From: Candidatus Eiseniibacteriota bacterium
Lineage (GTDB): Bacteria; Eisenbacteria; RBG-16-71-46
Length of the DNA stretch: 64,000 nucleotides
NCBI GenBank assembly: GCA_038231135.1
Contig: JBBRLX010000005.1
Coordinates: 32,001 to 96,000 of the forward strand
Reading direction: 5' to 3'
Part shown: piece after piece, positions 1 through 9,724 of the stretch
Position numbering within the stretch: position 1 is the stretch's first letter
Layout of the letters: every line of letters begins with the position of its first letter
Program-made: the position numbers and the translations under genes
The notes under the pieces: generated by a model
Databases searched by the model: none
Told to the model about the DNA's origin: nothing
The model's input: the letters and a program-made list of their open reading frames with translations, nothing else

Positions 1-1
1 C

Positions 2-121
2 ATCAAGACCACGATACCGTTCCATCAACTCGCGCTGCGCGACCCGCGCTTCCAGCGCGGGGACCTCGACACCCGGTTCGTCGAGGCGCTGCTCAAGCCG
101 GAATCCACCGCGGCCCGCTGA
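2..121 (+). CDS. accC: Biotin carboxylase C-terminus (5' truncated by window)
   Basis: Frame 2 reads IKTTIPFHQLALRDPRFQRGDLDTRFVEALL...TGA, matching the AccC C-terminal 'GIKTTIPF..F..G..DT.F.E' pattern. Confidence 0.8.
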   Translation: MKTTIPFHQLALRDPRFQRGDLDTRFVEALLKPESTAAR

Positions 122-137
122 GCCGCCGGAGCCCCAG

Positions 138-824
138 GTGCCGTCGGTTCGCGTGCTGCTCACTCCCGCCGCGGAACCGGTCGAGCGTGACGCCGCCGCC
201 GTGATCGTCGACGTGCTGCGCGCCACGAGCACGCTGACCTATGCCCTGGCGAACGGCGCCGCCCGCGTGCTGCCGGTCGCCTCACCCGACGCGGCGTTCG
301 CATTACGGCGGCAGGAGCCCACGGCGCTGCTGTGCGGCGAGCGGGAGGGCCGGCTCATTCCGGGCTTCGATCTCGGCAACTCGCCCGCCGAGTACACCCG
401 CGAGCGCGTCGGCGGCCGGCCGCTGATCTTCGCCTCCACGAACGGCTCGATTGCGATGCTGAACGCGCGCGCCGCGCACCGCCGGATCCTCGGCGCGTTC
501 GTGAACGCCGGCGCCGTGGCGGCGGCCGTCGCCCGCGAGTCGCGGGTGACGATCGTCTGCGCCGGCAAGCTCGGCCACTTGAGCCTGGAAGACGCCGCGT
601 TCGCCGGCTGGCTGGCCCGCGACCTGCACGCCCGGGGCTTCCGGATCGACGGCCCCGCCGCCGCCATGGCCATCACGCTGGCTCCCCGCGACCCCGCCGC
701 GATCGCGCCCCTCCTCGAAAGCGCCGCCCACGGCCGCTACCTGCGAGCGCTCGGCGGCGAGTTCCTCGCCGACATCAGCCGCTGCGCCCAACTCGACGCG
801 ATCGACAGGGCCTTTGAAGTGTAA
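138..824 (+). CDS. comB: 2-phosphosulfolactate phosphatase (ComB family)
   Basis: VIVDVLRATST, LCGEREG, FDLGNSP, STNGS and EDA motifs. Confidence 0.88.
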   Translation: MPSVRVLLTPAAEPVERDAAAVIVDVLRATSTLTYALANGAARVLPVASPDAAFALRRQEPTALLCGEREGRLIPGFDLGNSPAEYTRERVGGRPLIFASTNGSIAMLNARAAHRRILGAFVNAGAVAAAVARESRVTIVCAGKLGHLSLEDAAFAGWLARDLHARGFRIDGPAAAMAITLAPRDPAAIAPLLESAAHGRYLRALGGEFLADISRCAQLDAIDRAFEV

Positions 825-866
825 AAGCGCATTCAAGGGGTTGCCGTTCCCCAGGCGCCTGGGCGC

Positions 867-1946
867 TCACCTGCGGTGGGCGCGCCACAGCATGATGATG
901 CCGATCACGCCAAACGCCACATCGCCGATCCACGCCGCCGCGTAGGGCGGCAGGGCCCCCGTGTGGCCGAGCGCCTGGCCGGTGCGCATGAACGCGTAGT
1001 AGACGAACGAGATCGCCACCGACAGGCCGAACGAGACCGCCGCGCTCTGCAGCCTGAGCTGGGTCGCGATCGAGGCGCCGATCATGACCACGATGAAATT
1101 CACCAGCGGGAACGCGAGCTTGAGGTGCAGGTCCACGAGGTACTTCGCCACCGCGCCGCCGCTCGATCGCATGCGCTCCACGAATCGCCGCAGCTCGAAG
1201 AAATTCATCTCGCCCGGATTGCGGTTCTCCTTCGCGAAGTCGTCGGGCTGCTCCTTGAGGCCCGGGACCACCATGCGCTCGAATGGCCGGGCGGTCTCGT
1301 GCTCGCCGTCGAACGTCCGTTCGATGCCCGACGTGAACACCCACTGGCTGCCATTCCAGGTCGCCTCCGTGGCGTCGATGCGGCGGCGCAGCCGGTCGCC
1401 CGCGAACTCCTGCAGCGACACCTCGTGCAGCCGGCGCTCGGTAACCAGGTAGAGCCGTGCGTACCAGATGCTGCCCCCGGCCGCGAGATACGTGAGATCG
1501 GGGCGCTCGGTCACCGATTCGCGGCGGATGCTCTGGATCTGCTCGTCGTAGATGTCGTCACGCTCCCGGTTCGCGACCGGCACCACCAGCTCGCTCAGCG
1601 CCAGCGCGGCGAGCGACGCGACCGCGGCGACCGCCAGCACTGGCGCCAGGATCCGCATCACCGACAGGCCCACGGAGCGCATCGCGGTGAGCTCGCCGAA
1701 CTTGTTGAGCTGGCCGAGCGCGAGAAACGTGGCGAGCAGCAGCGCGACCGGCATCACCTGCACCACCACCTCCGGCGCGCGGTACAGGTAGAACCGCGCC
1801 ACGAGGTCGAGCGAGGCGTGGTGGTCGAGGAACACGTCGATCTTCTCGAAGATGTCGACCACGATGAAGATCACGATGAACCCGGTGAGGCCGAGCACCA
1901 GATAGCCGAGGAATTCGCGGAGCAGGTAGCGGTCGAGCAGCTTCAC
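867..1946 (-). CDS. lptG: LPS export ABC permease, LptG type
   Basis: GTG start overlapping the lptF stop; KLLDRYLLREF, GELTAMRSVGLS, KLAFPL, G.LPP..AAW motifs of the YjgP/YjgQ family. Confidence 0.85.
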   Translation of the reverse strand: MKLLDRYLLREFLGYLVLGLTGFIVIFIVVDIFEKIDVFLDHHASLDLVARFYLYRAPEVVVQVMPVALLLATFLALGQLNKFGELTAMRSVGLSVMRILAPVLAVAAVASLAALALSELVVPVANRERDDIYDEQIQSIRRESVTERPDLTYLAAGGSIWYARLYLVTERRLHEVSLQEFAGDRLRRRIDATEATWNGSQWVFTSGIERTFDGEHETARPFERMVVPGLKEQPDDFAKENRNPGEMNFFELRRFVERMRSSGGAVAKYLVDLHLKLAFPLVNFIVVMIGASIATQLRLQSAAVSFGLSVAISFVYYAFMRTGQALGHTGALPPYAAAWIGDVAFGVIGIIMLWRAHRR

Positions 1947-3319
1947 GCGGCCGCGCTGAGGGGTGCGGCGACACGGGTCCGCGCCGGCCGCCGGGGCAGG
2001 ATCTCGCATGCCTGCAACGTGGATACCAGTCCCCAGCCGCCGAGCACGATGTTCGCGAGCCACATCGCGAACCACGGCGGCAGCAGCAGCCGGTTCGCCA
2101 GCTCCTCGCCGCCGACCAGGCACAGGTAGTAGAACAGGAAGAACGCGATCGACACGAACGCCACGGCGGGCCCGGCGCGCCGTACGCGCATCCCGAGGGG
2201 CGCCCCGATCAGCACGAACACGATGCACGCGAACGGCAGCGAGAACTTCTTGTGGATCTCCACCGACAGGCCGGCGATGCGCTTCTGCAATTCCTCGCGC
2301 TCGACGCGGAACTGCTCGAGCTCGGCGCTGACCGCGGGCTGGCGCGATGCCTCGACGAGCGGCTCCTCGCGGCCCAGCAGCTTGCGCCACGCGGACGCGA
2401 CCCCGTTGAGCGCCAGGCCGGCCGCGTCCCGGTCGAACGTCTGGGTCTGGAGGCCCAGCTGCCGGAGCCTGAGCCGGTGCATCGCCAGCGTCTGGTCGTA
2501 GTCGTGCCGGATTCGCGACCGCTCGTCGATCAGGGTGCGCGCGCTCATCTCGCGGTCACTGCGGTTCTGGCGCACCGACCGCTCGAGGATCCCGCCGGCG
2601 TTCGCGATGTAAAGTGTATGCTGCCGGAACACCAGCCGCCGGTACTTGCGTCCGCTGGGGTCGTCCTGGGGCACCTCGTGGATCTCGCCGTCCTCCAGCT
2701 GAAGCACCGCGGTGCGTCCGTCAGGGGTGTACGACAGGAACCCGCTGCGGGCCAGGATCGTGGTCGGCGGCCCCCCAGGGTTGAACTGGTAGATGGTGAC
2801 CCCCTTCATCTCGTTCGTCCGGCCGTTCACCGACTGCACCAGCAGGTTATAGCCTGGAAAATCCGTGATGAACGTGCCCTCCTGGAGCTTCACCGTGGGC
2901 CGCATTCTGCCGATGTCGATGAGGAGATTGGCGAATGCGTGGTTGCTCTCGGGGAGGACATAGTTGTTGAACAGGATCAGGCCGGTCGCGACCAGGGCGG
3001 CGGCCGCCAGCGGCCACATCAGGATTCGGCCCAAATTCACCCCGCTGGCCCTCAGGGCGGTGATTTCGTTGTCCTGGGACAGCCGCCCGAACGTCATGAG
3101 CACGGCCACCAGAACCGCGCAGGGCACCGACAGGGCCACGATGTAGCCGAGCGACAGCACGAACAGCTGGGCTACGATCCCGATCGCCACACCCCGGTTC
3201 ACGACCAGGTCCAGGTAGTCGAACAGGACGTCCATTTCAAGAATGAACGTCACGACCCCGAATCCGAGAAGGAATGGAACCAGGTGCAGGCGAAGGATGT
3301 ACCAGTTCAGTATCCGCAT
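1943..3319 (-). CDS. lptF: LPS export ABC permease, LptF type
   Basis: FGRLSQDNEITALRASG, LQLEDGEIH, EIHKKFSLPFACIVFVLIGAPLG, MWLANI. Confidence 0.85.
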   Translation of the reverse strand: MRILNWYILRLHLVPFLLGFGVVTFILEMDVLFDYLDLVVNRGVAIGIVAQLFVLSLGYIVALSVPCAVLVAVLMTFGRLSQDNEITALRASGVNLGRILMWPLAAAALVATGLILFNNYVLPESNHAFANLLIDIGRMRPTVKLQEGTFITDFPGYNLLVQSVNGRTNEMKGVTIYQFNPGGPPTTILARSGFLSYTPDGRTAVLQLEDGEIHEVPQDDPSGRKYRRLVFRQHTLYIANAGGILERSVRQNRSDREMSARTLIDERSRIRHDYDQTLAMHRLRLRQLGLQTQTFDRDAAGLALNGVASAWRKLLGREEPLVEASRQPAVSAELEQFRVEREELQKRIAGLSVEIHKKFSLPFACIVFVLIGAPLGMRVRRAGPAVAFVSIAFFLFYYLCLVGGEELANRLLLPPWFAMWLANIVLGGWGLVSTLQACEILPRRPARTRVAAPLSAAA

Positions 3320-3379
3320 GACCGTGCAGCCTACTCCACGTCGCCGGGTCGAAGCGAAAGTATTTGGCCTGTAAGGGCT

Positions 3380-3408
3380 TTGACCATCAAGACTTGCCCT
3401 GTTAGGGT
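3380..3408 (+). promoter_or_regulatory. Possible sigma70-type promoter for the sprA-like gene
   Basis: TTGACC-N17-TAGGGT with TG upstream of the -10; the -10 match is weak. Confidence 0.3.
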
Positions 3409-3456
3409 CCGCGTATCCCTCCCCGCCGCGGGGCCCATCCGCACCTTCGGAACTCC

Positions 3457-6400
3457 ATGCTGAGTCTTTTGAGCGTTCCCGCTCTCGCCCTTTTGATCAG
3501 TCTACCGGGCCTGTCGGGGTTCCATTTTCCAGGGTTCCGGGTCAAATCCCGGTCGGTGGCGGTCCAGGATTCCATCCCGCCCACCTGGAAGACGGCATCC
3601 CTGCTGGCGCTGCGGGACGACTTCGTGTTCGGGGACGTGGGGCTGATCCTCCGGCAGGCCGAGGGCACGGGACGGATCGGTTTCACCAGCGACGAGCGCC
3701 GCTTCCTGATCGCGGTCGACCCGGATTCCGGTGAGGTCACGGTGCTGCCCCAGCTCGGCGAGGTGGCGATCGGCGCCGGCACCCGCGAGGGTCTGACCGA
3801 GTACTCGCACGAAATGCTCCGCGCGACGTTTCGCAAGCAATGGGCCGAACGGTCGCGCTCGAACATCAATTCGCTGGGTTCCAACACCCCCGCCAGCTCC
3901 GCCCCGACCACCGGACTGACCTTTCAGCTCCCCGGGCTGCTGCCGAAGAGCGTGCAGAGCCTGCTCGGCCCCGGCAGTCCGGCGCTCAACGTGTCCGGCT
4001 CTGAGAACATCCGGCTGTCGGGGGAGAGCAACTGGACGAACCAGCAGACCGGCCCGCTCGGCCAGAAGCGCTCGCTGTTCCCGTCCCTCGACATGCAGCA
4101 GGACTTGAACATCCAGCTCGAGGGCCAGCTGTCCGACCGCATCCGGGTGAACCTGCTGCAGAACTCGCTCAACCAGATCCCGCTCGCGAACCGCATCGCG
4201 ATCAACTACAAGGGCGAAGAGGACGACCTGATCCAGCAGCTCGATCTCGGCAACACCGAGCTGAGCCTGCCGGGCACGCAGTACGTGTCCTACAGCGGGC
4301 GCAACGAGGGACTGTTCGGCGCCAAGGCGTCGAGCCGGTTTGGGCCGCTCGACATGACGGTGCTCGCGACCAAGCAGGAGGGCCGGAGCGAGCGGGCGTC
4401 CTACACCGGCGGTGCGTCGCGCCAGCAGTACACGATCTACTCACATGAGTACGTGAGGGGCGTGTACTTCTTCCTCTACGATCCCAACTTCGAGACGCTC
4501 GACATCCAGGATGCCTCGATCAAGGTGTACCGCGACGACGGCAACTACAACACCACCGACATCACGGTGCGCGGGCGGGCGTTCGTCGATCCGCGCACCT
4601 ACAGCGCGCCCAACCCGGCCGCCGTCGGCGACTCGTCCGCCGCGGGCCAGTCGCTGCACGGCAACTTCCGCCAGCTGCTGCAGGGCGCGGATCAGGACTA
4701 CGAGGTGCTCCAGAGCTTCTACGGCCCGCGCTACAAGGTCCTCAAGATGAAACAGCCGCTGAACTACGATCAGCGGCTCGCGGTGACCTACACAGCGGGA
4801 CACTTCAACGGGCTGGCCGCGGTCGGCGACTACCAGCCGTTCGGCGGCGATACCATCGCGGCGTCGGACGGCGGCCGCGAGCTGCGCATGCGGTTGATCC
4901 GCGCACCGCTCAGCAGCCTCGCGCGCGACGACCGCGGCAACTTCGCCGATTCAGTCGGATTCACGAACGTGCGCCACCTCGAGCTGGCGAATTTCTATCA
5001 GCTCCCGGGTCAGCGCATCGACGCATCCACGTTCAAGCTGCAGATCGAGCGCGGCGATGACGTGCCGGCCAAGACGTTCGTGAACGGGCCGGCCGGCGTC
5101 GCGGTCCCGTACCTCGAGGTGCTCGGCCTCGACAACTACGACGAAACGAACGGCACGCCGGTGCTGGGCCACGACAACAAGGTCGACGGCACCGCGGTGA
5201 CGAACACGACGTTCGGGCAGCCGGTGCTGTGGCTCGACGTGGACACCGGCGTGCTGCACTTCTTCGAGCCGCGGCCGTTCGCGCCGCGCCTGCACGCGCC
5301 GTTCTATTTCGACTCGGCCGCGGCCTCGGTGCTGAACCGCCGGTCGGTGCTCGACGGCGACACGTCCCAGCCGCCTGTGGACGAGCGTGCCCCGAACCCG
5401 ATCATCTACGACCGTTACAACCCGGAACGCCAGGACGACAACTACCGGCTGCTCGTTGATTTCACGGCCCAGAGCGCGGCGGGCGACATCCAGCTCGGGC
5501 GTGGCAACATCCTCCAGGGCTCGGAGGTGGTGACCGTGAACGGCCGTCCGTGGCTGCGCGACGTGGACTACAGCGTGGACTACGACCTGGGGCGCGTCAC
5601 GCTCAAGAAGCAGCTCGGGCCGGCGGACAACCTGAACATCGACTACTCGTACGCGCCGTTGTTCCAGCAGGCCGGCCGTACGCTGATCGGCAGCGCGTTC
5701 CAGCTGGACGGGGGCAACAAGAGTCTCGGCGGCGCATTCATGTACGAGAGCCGCGGCGCCCAGGATCTGCGGCCGCGCCTCGGCGAGGAGCCGTCGCGCA
5801 GCCTGATCGGCGACCTCAACGGCAAGTGGGCGTTCACTCCCGACTGGATGACCCGGCTCGCGGACCGCCTGCCGGGAGTTCGGACCACGACGCCGTCCGA
5901 GTTCGACATCGAAGGCGAGGCGGGCGCGTCGCTGCCGAATCCGAACACCCGCAACGAGGTGTTCATCGACGACATGGAAGGCGTGCGCGACGCCGTGTCG
6001 CTGACGATGGGCGCCGAGCGGTGGAAATGGTCCAGCGAGCCGACCCGCAAGGATACCTCCGGCGTGCTGACGCCGTATGACGACCTGGCGCGTTACCACA
6101 ACGCCGAGGTCCACTGGTACTCGCCGTTTGCGGTGGTCAAGGAGCGCGACCTCAAGCCGTCGCTGACCGACGCCGAGGGCGCCCAGAACAACCGCCAGGT
6201 GCTCGCGATCTCGGTGCCGCGACGGCCGCGCAGCGAGGATCCCACGCCGCCGCCGGGGGATCCGATTCCGGGCGACTCGCTGTGGGTCGGGCTGACCTAT
6301 CCGCTCGACCCGTCCGGCATCGACCTGTCGAAATCGCAGTTCATCGAGCTGTGGGTCAACGACTTCAACGACGAGCACACCGGCGTGCCGGAGCCGCGGG

Positions 6401-9400
6401 TGCGGGGCCATCACCTCAAGCTGCACGTGGATCTCGGCGCGGTGAGCGAGGACCAGCAGCGCGCCCCCGACGAGCCGCCGAACGGGCAGCTCGACAGCGA
6501 GGACAAACTCCCGCGCGACAACCAGCTGGTGGTGACCGACGCGAACAACGAGGACACGGGCTACGACGGCCGGCTGGACGCGGAGGAGCGCGATTCGCTC
6601 AAGACGCCGCGTGACCTCACCACGGCCACCCCCGAAGACCCCGAGGGCGACGACTTCTCGCGGCCGGTGGACGGGCTCGACGAGATCGACCCCCGGAGGT
6701 TCCGGGGCACGAACGGCACCGAAGGCAGCAAGGTGATCTTTCCGTACCCCGACACCGAGGACCTGAATCTCAACAACGCGATCGACCGCAACGAGAACTA
6801 TTTCGAGTACACGATCGATCTCGGCGATCCGATCCAGCCGTACCTCATCACCGACGTTCAGCGCGACTTCGGGGCGCGGTATCCCGCCACCGTCCATTCC
6901 GACAACGGCTGGCGGCGGTATCGCATCCCGATCACGGACGCGAACCGGGCGGTGTTCGGCACCCCCGACCTGGTGAACACCCGCCAGATGCGCGTGTGGC
7001 TCGACGGCATCCGGGTCACCGACGACACCACCGCCACGGCCAAGACGATCCGTCCGCTGCTGATGCTCGGCAGCATCGACATCGTGGGCAGCCGGTGGCG
7101 CGCGGAGACGCTGAGCGACTCGCTGCTCAACGAAGGCTCGACGGTGACGCTCAATTCCGTGAACACGGTCGACAACGCCGATATCTACAAGGCGCCGTTC
7201 AACCCCGGCCAGACCCGCAGCGGCAACCAGGCGGTGGCGCTGCGCGAACAGTCGCTGGCGCTGGAATTCACGCGGCTGCAGCCCGGCATGACGCTCGAGG
7301 CATTCAAGTCGCTGTCGCTCGAGGAGGACTACACGCGGTACCGCGAGCTCAACTGGTATGCCGCGGGCTTCGGCATCGACGACTACGACGCGGCCACCGA
7401 CACCTCGCTCAAGTACTTCGTGCGGTTCGCCTCGGACGAGGTGGGTCACAGCTACTACGAATACCGGGCGCCGCTGCCCAAGTCCTCGCATCCGGATACG
7501 ATCTTCTGGAAGCAGGTACTGCTCAAGATCACCGACCTGTCGAACCTGAAGCTCACCGTGAATCCGGGCTCCGGAATCGACACGATCCTCGCCGCCGGCT
7601 TCGCACCGGGGGAGGAGTTGCGGGTGGTCGGGTTCCCGTCGTTCACCCGGCTCCACCGCATCTCGTTCGGTCTGGTCAACACCGGGCCGCGCGAGTACCG
7701 GGAAGGCCAGTTGTGGTTCGACGAACTGGTGTCGACGGACGTCGAGAAGACTCCGGGCATCGCGGGGCGCCTGCTCGTGAACGGCAAGCTCGCGAATCTC
7801 ATGACCTACAGCGCGAGCTACAACACCCGCGACGCGAACTTCGTCAGCGTCGGGGAGACCCGCGGTCAGGGCACGACCAACAACCAGTTCGCGTTCAACA
7901 CCTCGATCGACACCCACCGGTTCTTCGAGGGCACCGGCATCGTGCTGCCGGTGTCGTACGGCTATTCCAACAACACCTCGAAGCCGCGGTTCACCGCGGG
8001 CGATGACATCGTGCGGTCCGGCGCCTACGCCGCCGCGAGCCAGTCGCGATCGGACAACACCAACTGGTCCGTGAACTACTCGCGCACCTGGAGCGAGCGC
8101 TCGAATCCGCTGCTGCTGTACACGATCGGCGGCATCACCGGCGGATTCAACCAGCAGACCAGCCACACCATCACGCCGAGTTCTGTGGACACTTCGACCT
8201 CGTTCAACAGCTTCGTGAACTACCGCCAGTCGTTCCGCAGGCTGCTCGCGATCCCGATCCCGGGGCTCAATCACGTGAAGTTCTTCCCGCTGCCCGACCA
8301 GGTGACGTGGTCGTTCAATCAATCCAGCCGCGAGTCGCGGACCTACGACCGGTTGCGGGACTCGACGGCGAGCCTCGTGCAGCGCAACGCCACGCACGGC
8401 AACGCGGCGGCGCTGTCGTTCGGCGCCGACGTGCGGCCGTTCGACATGTTCACCTACCACATCGACGGGCTGCGCAACCTGACGCTCGACGACGCCGTCA
8501 GCGAGCACCTGGGCAGGATCAACATCGGCCGCGTCGTCAACTTCCGGCAGAACACCAACCTCACCTACGCGCTGACCCGCGGCGCGTTCCTGCGCCCGTC
8601 GTTCGGGCTCGCGACCAACTACATCCAGGACAACGGTCCGCAGATCTCCTCGGACCTGAACGTGCGGCAGGTGACGAGCGGCCAGTCGTACAACGTGCGC
8701 TGGGAGCTGCCGTTCGAGACCCTCACCGCGCGGGCGCCGGTCGCGGTGCGCGATTCCTCGGGCCACACGAAGAGCGAGCTGCCGTGGCGGCTGTGGCTGT
8801 CGCGGCTCGGCAACGTCTCCGCCGAAGGGTCGTACAACAAGTCGTCCAGCTATTCGCGGATCTTCGGCACCCCGGACTTCTTCTACCTGTTCGGGTTCGC
8901 CGACAACCCCGCGCTGGGTCGCCACACCTCGGAGGCCTACGGCGACCAGATCGGCAAGAACTCCGACTGGCGGCTCGCGGGACGCACGCGGTTCAACCTG
9001 GGCCTCGGCACGTTCGTGACGACCCAGGTCGAATTCACGTCGCGCATCGGGGAGAACAATGGCGTGACGCAGCGCAACGACAGTTCGCGCTATCCCGACC
9101 TGTCGTTCGAATACGGCAAGCTCGTGAACGTGCTGCGGCTCGACAAGTTCCTCGTCAATCCGCAGTTGCGCACCGCCTACAATCGCAACACCCAGACCCT
9201 GTTCCAGAACGACGCGGTCACCCCGACAAACGTTTCGACCGCGAGCCAGTGGCAGCCGCTGCTGGGGCTGCGGGGCGCGCTCAAGAACGGCTCCAACCTC
9301 GAGCTGAGCATCGAGCGCCGCAACACGCAGCGCGAGAATTTCCAGCTCGGCCACTCGATCACGAACGACCGGCAGACCACCGTGAACTTCAGCCTCAATC

Positions 9401-9717
9401 GCTCGTACACGCAGGGCCAGAAGTTGAGCCTGCTCGGCAAGACCTCGACGGTGCGCAGCTCGATCAACATGGGAGTGTCGGCCACCTACGACAAGCGCAG
9501 CGGTGAGACGACGATCTTCGGCAGCGCGGATCAAACCGGCGGCGTGCGGAACCCGACGAGCAACGATCGCCTGAGCGTCCAGGGCAACGGGTCCTACGGC
9601 TTCAGCAACAACGTCACCGGCACCGCCACGCTCGGGTTCTCGCAGGACCGCGACCTGCAGCGGGCGATCGTGCGCCGCAGCATCCGCGTCGAGATGCGCG
9701 GATCGTTCACGTTCTGA
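3457..9717 (+). CDS. sprA: SprA/Sov-like giant outer-membrane translocon (type IX secretion)
   Basis: 2086 aa; QDLNIQLEGQLSD, YKGEEDDLIQQLDLGN, GLFGAK, GSEVVTVNG..DVDYSVDYDLGRV, FIDDMEG, PDTEDLN; long amphipathic beta region ending in F. Confidence 0.85.
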   Translation: MLSLLSVPALALLISLPGLSGFHFPGFRVKSRSVAVQDSIPPTWKTASLLALRDDFVFGDVGLILRQAEGTGRIGFTSDERRFLIAVDPDSGEVTVLPQLGEVAIGAGTREGLTEYSHEMLRATFRKQWAERSRSNINSLGSNTPASSAPTTGLTFQLPGLLPKSVQSLLGPGSPALNVSGSENIRLSGESNWTNQQTGPLGQKRSLFPSLDMQQDLNIQLEGQLSDRIRVNLLQNSLNQIPLANRIAINYKGEEDDLIQQLDLGNTELSLPGTQYVSYSGRNEGLFGAKASSRFGPLDMTVLATKQEGRSERASYTGGASRQQYTIYSHEYVRGVYFFLYDPNFETLDIQDASIKVYRDDGNYNTTDITVRGRAFVDPRTYSAPNPAAVGDSSAAGQSLHGNFRQLLQGADQDYEVLQSFYGPRYKVLKMKQPLNYDQRLAVTYTAGHFNGLAAVGDYQPFGGDTIAASDGGRELRMRLIRAPLSSLARDDRGNFADSVGFTNVRHLELANFYQLPGQRIDASTFKLQIERGDDVPAKTFVNGPAGVAVPYLEVLGLDNYDETNGTPVLGHDNKVDGTAVTNTTFGQPVLWLDVDTGVLHFFEPRPFAPRLHAPFYFDSAAASVLNRRSVLDGDTSQPPVDERAPNPIIYDRYNPERQDDNYRLLVDFTAQSAAGDIQLGRGNILQGSEVVTVNGRPWLRDVDYSVDYDLGRVTLKKQLGPADNLNIDYSYAPLFQQAGRTLIGSAFQLDGGNKSLGGAFMYESRGAQDLRPRLGEEPSRSLIGDLNGKWAFTPDWMTRLADRLPGVRTTTPSEFDIEGEAGASLPNPNTRNEVFIDDMEGVRDAVSLTMGAERWKWSSEPTRKDTSGVLTPYDDLARYHNAEVHWYSPFAVVKERDLKPSLTDAEGAQNNRQVLAISVPRRPRSEDPTPPPGDPIPGDSLWVGLTYPLDPSGIDLSKSQFIELWVNDFNDEHTGVPEPRVRGHHLKLHVDLGAVSEDQQRAPDEPPNGQLDSEDKLPRDNQLVVTDANNEDTGYDGRLDAEERDSLKTPRDLTTATPEDPEGDDFSRPVDGLDEIDPRRFRGTNGTEGSKVIFPYPDTEDLNLNNAIDRNENYFEYTIDLGDPIQPYLITDVQRDFGARYPATVHSDNGWRRYRIPITDANRAVFGTPDLVNTRQMRVWLDGIRVTDDTTATAKTIRPLLMLGSIDIVGSRWRAETLSDSLLNEGSTVTLNSVNTVDNADIYKAPFNPGQTRSGNQAVALREQSLALEFTRLQPGMTLEAFKSLSLEEDYTRYRELNWYAAGFGIDDYDAATDTSLKYFVRFASDEVGHSYYEYRAPLPKSSHPDTIFWKQVLLKITDLSNLKLTVNPGSGIDTILAAGFAPGEELRVVGFPSFTRLHRISFGLVNTGPREYREGQLWFDELVSTDVEKTPGIAGRLLVNGKLANLMTYSASYNTRDANFVSVGETRGQGTTNNQFAFNTSIDTHRFFEGTGIVLPVSYGYSNNTSKPRFTAGDDIVRSGAYAAASQSRSDNTNWSVNYSRTWSERSNPLLLYTIGGITGGFNQQTSHTITPSSVDTSTSFNSFVNYRQSFRRLLAIPIPGLNHVKFFPLPDQVTWSFNQSSRESRTYDRLRDSTASLVQRNATHGNAAALSFGADVRPFDMFTYHIDGLRNLTLDDAVSEHLGRINIGRVVNFRQNTNLTYALTRGAFLRPSFGLATNYIQDNGPQISSDLNVRQVTSGQSYNVRWELPFETLTARAPVAVRDSSGHTKSELPWRLWLSRLGNVSAEGSYNKSSSYSRIFGTPDFFYLFGFADNPALGRHTSEAYGDQIGKNSDWRLAGRTRFNLGLGTFVTTQVEFTSRIGENNGVTQRNDSSRYPDLSFEYGKLVNVLRLDKFLVNPQLRTAYNRNTQTLFQNDAVTPTNVSTASQWQPLLGLRGALKNGSNLELSIERRNTQRENFQLGHSITNDRQTTVNFSLNRSYTQGQKLSLLGKTSTVRSSINMGVSATYDKRSGETTIFGSADQTGGVRNPTSNDRLSVQGNGSYGFSNNVTGTATLGFSQDRDLQRAIVRRSIRVEMRGSFTF

Positions 9718-9724
9718 GGTACGC

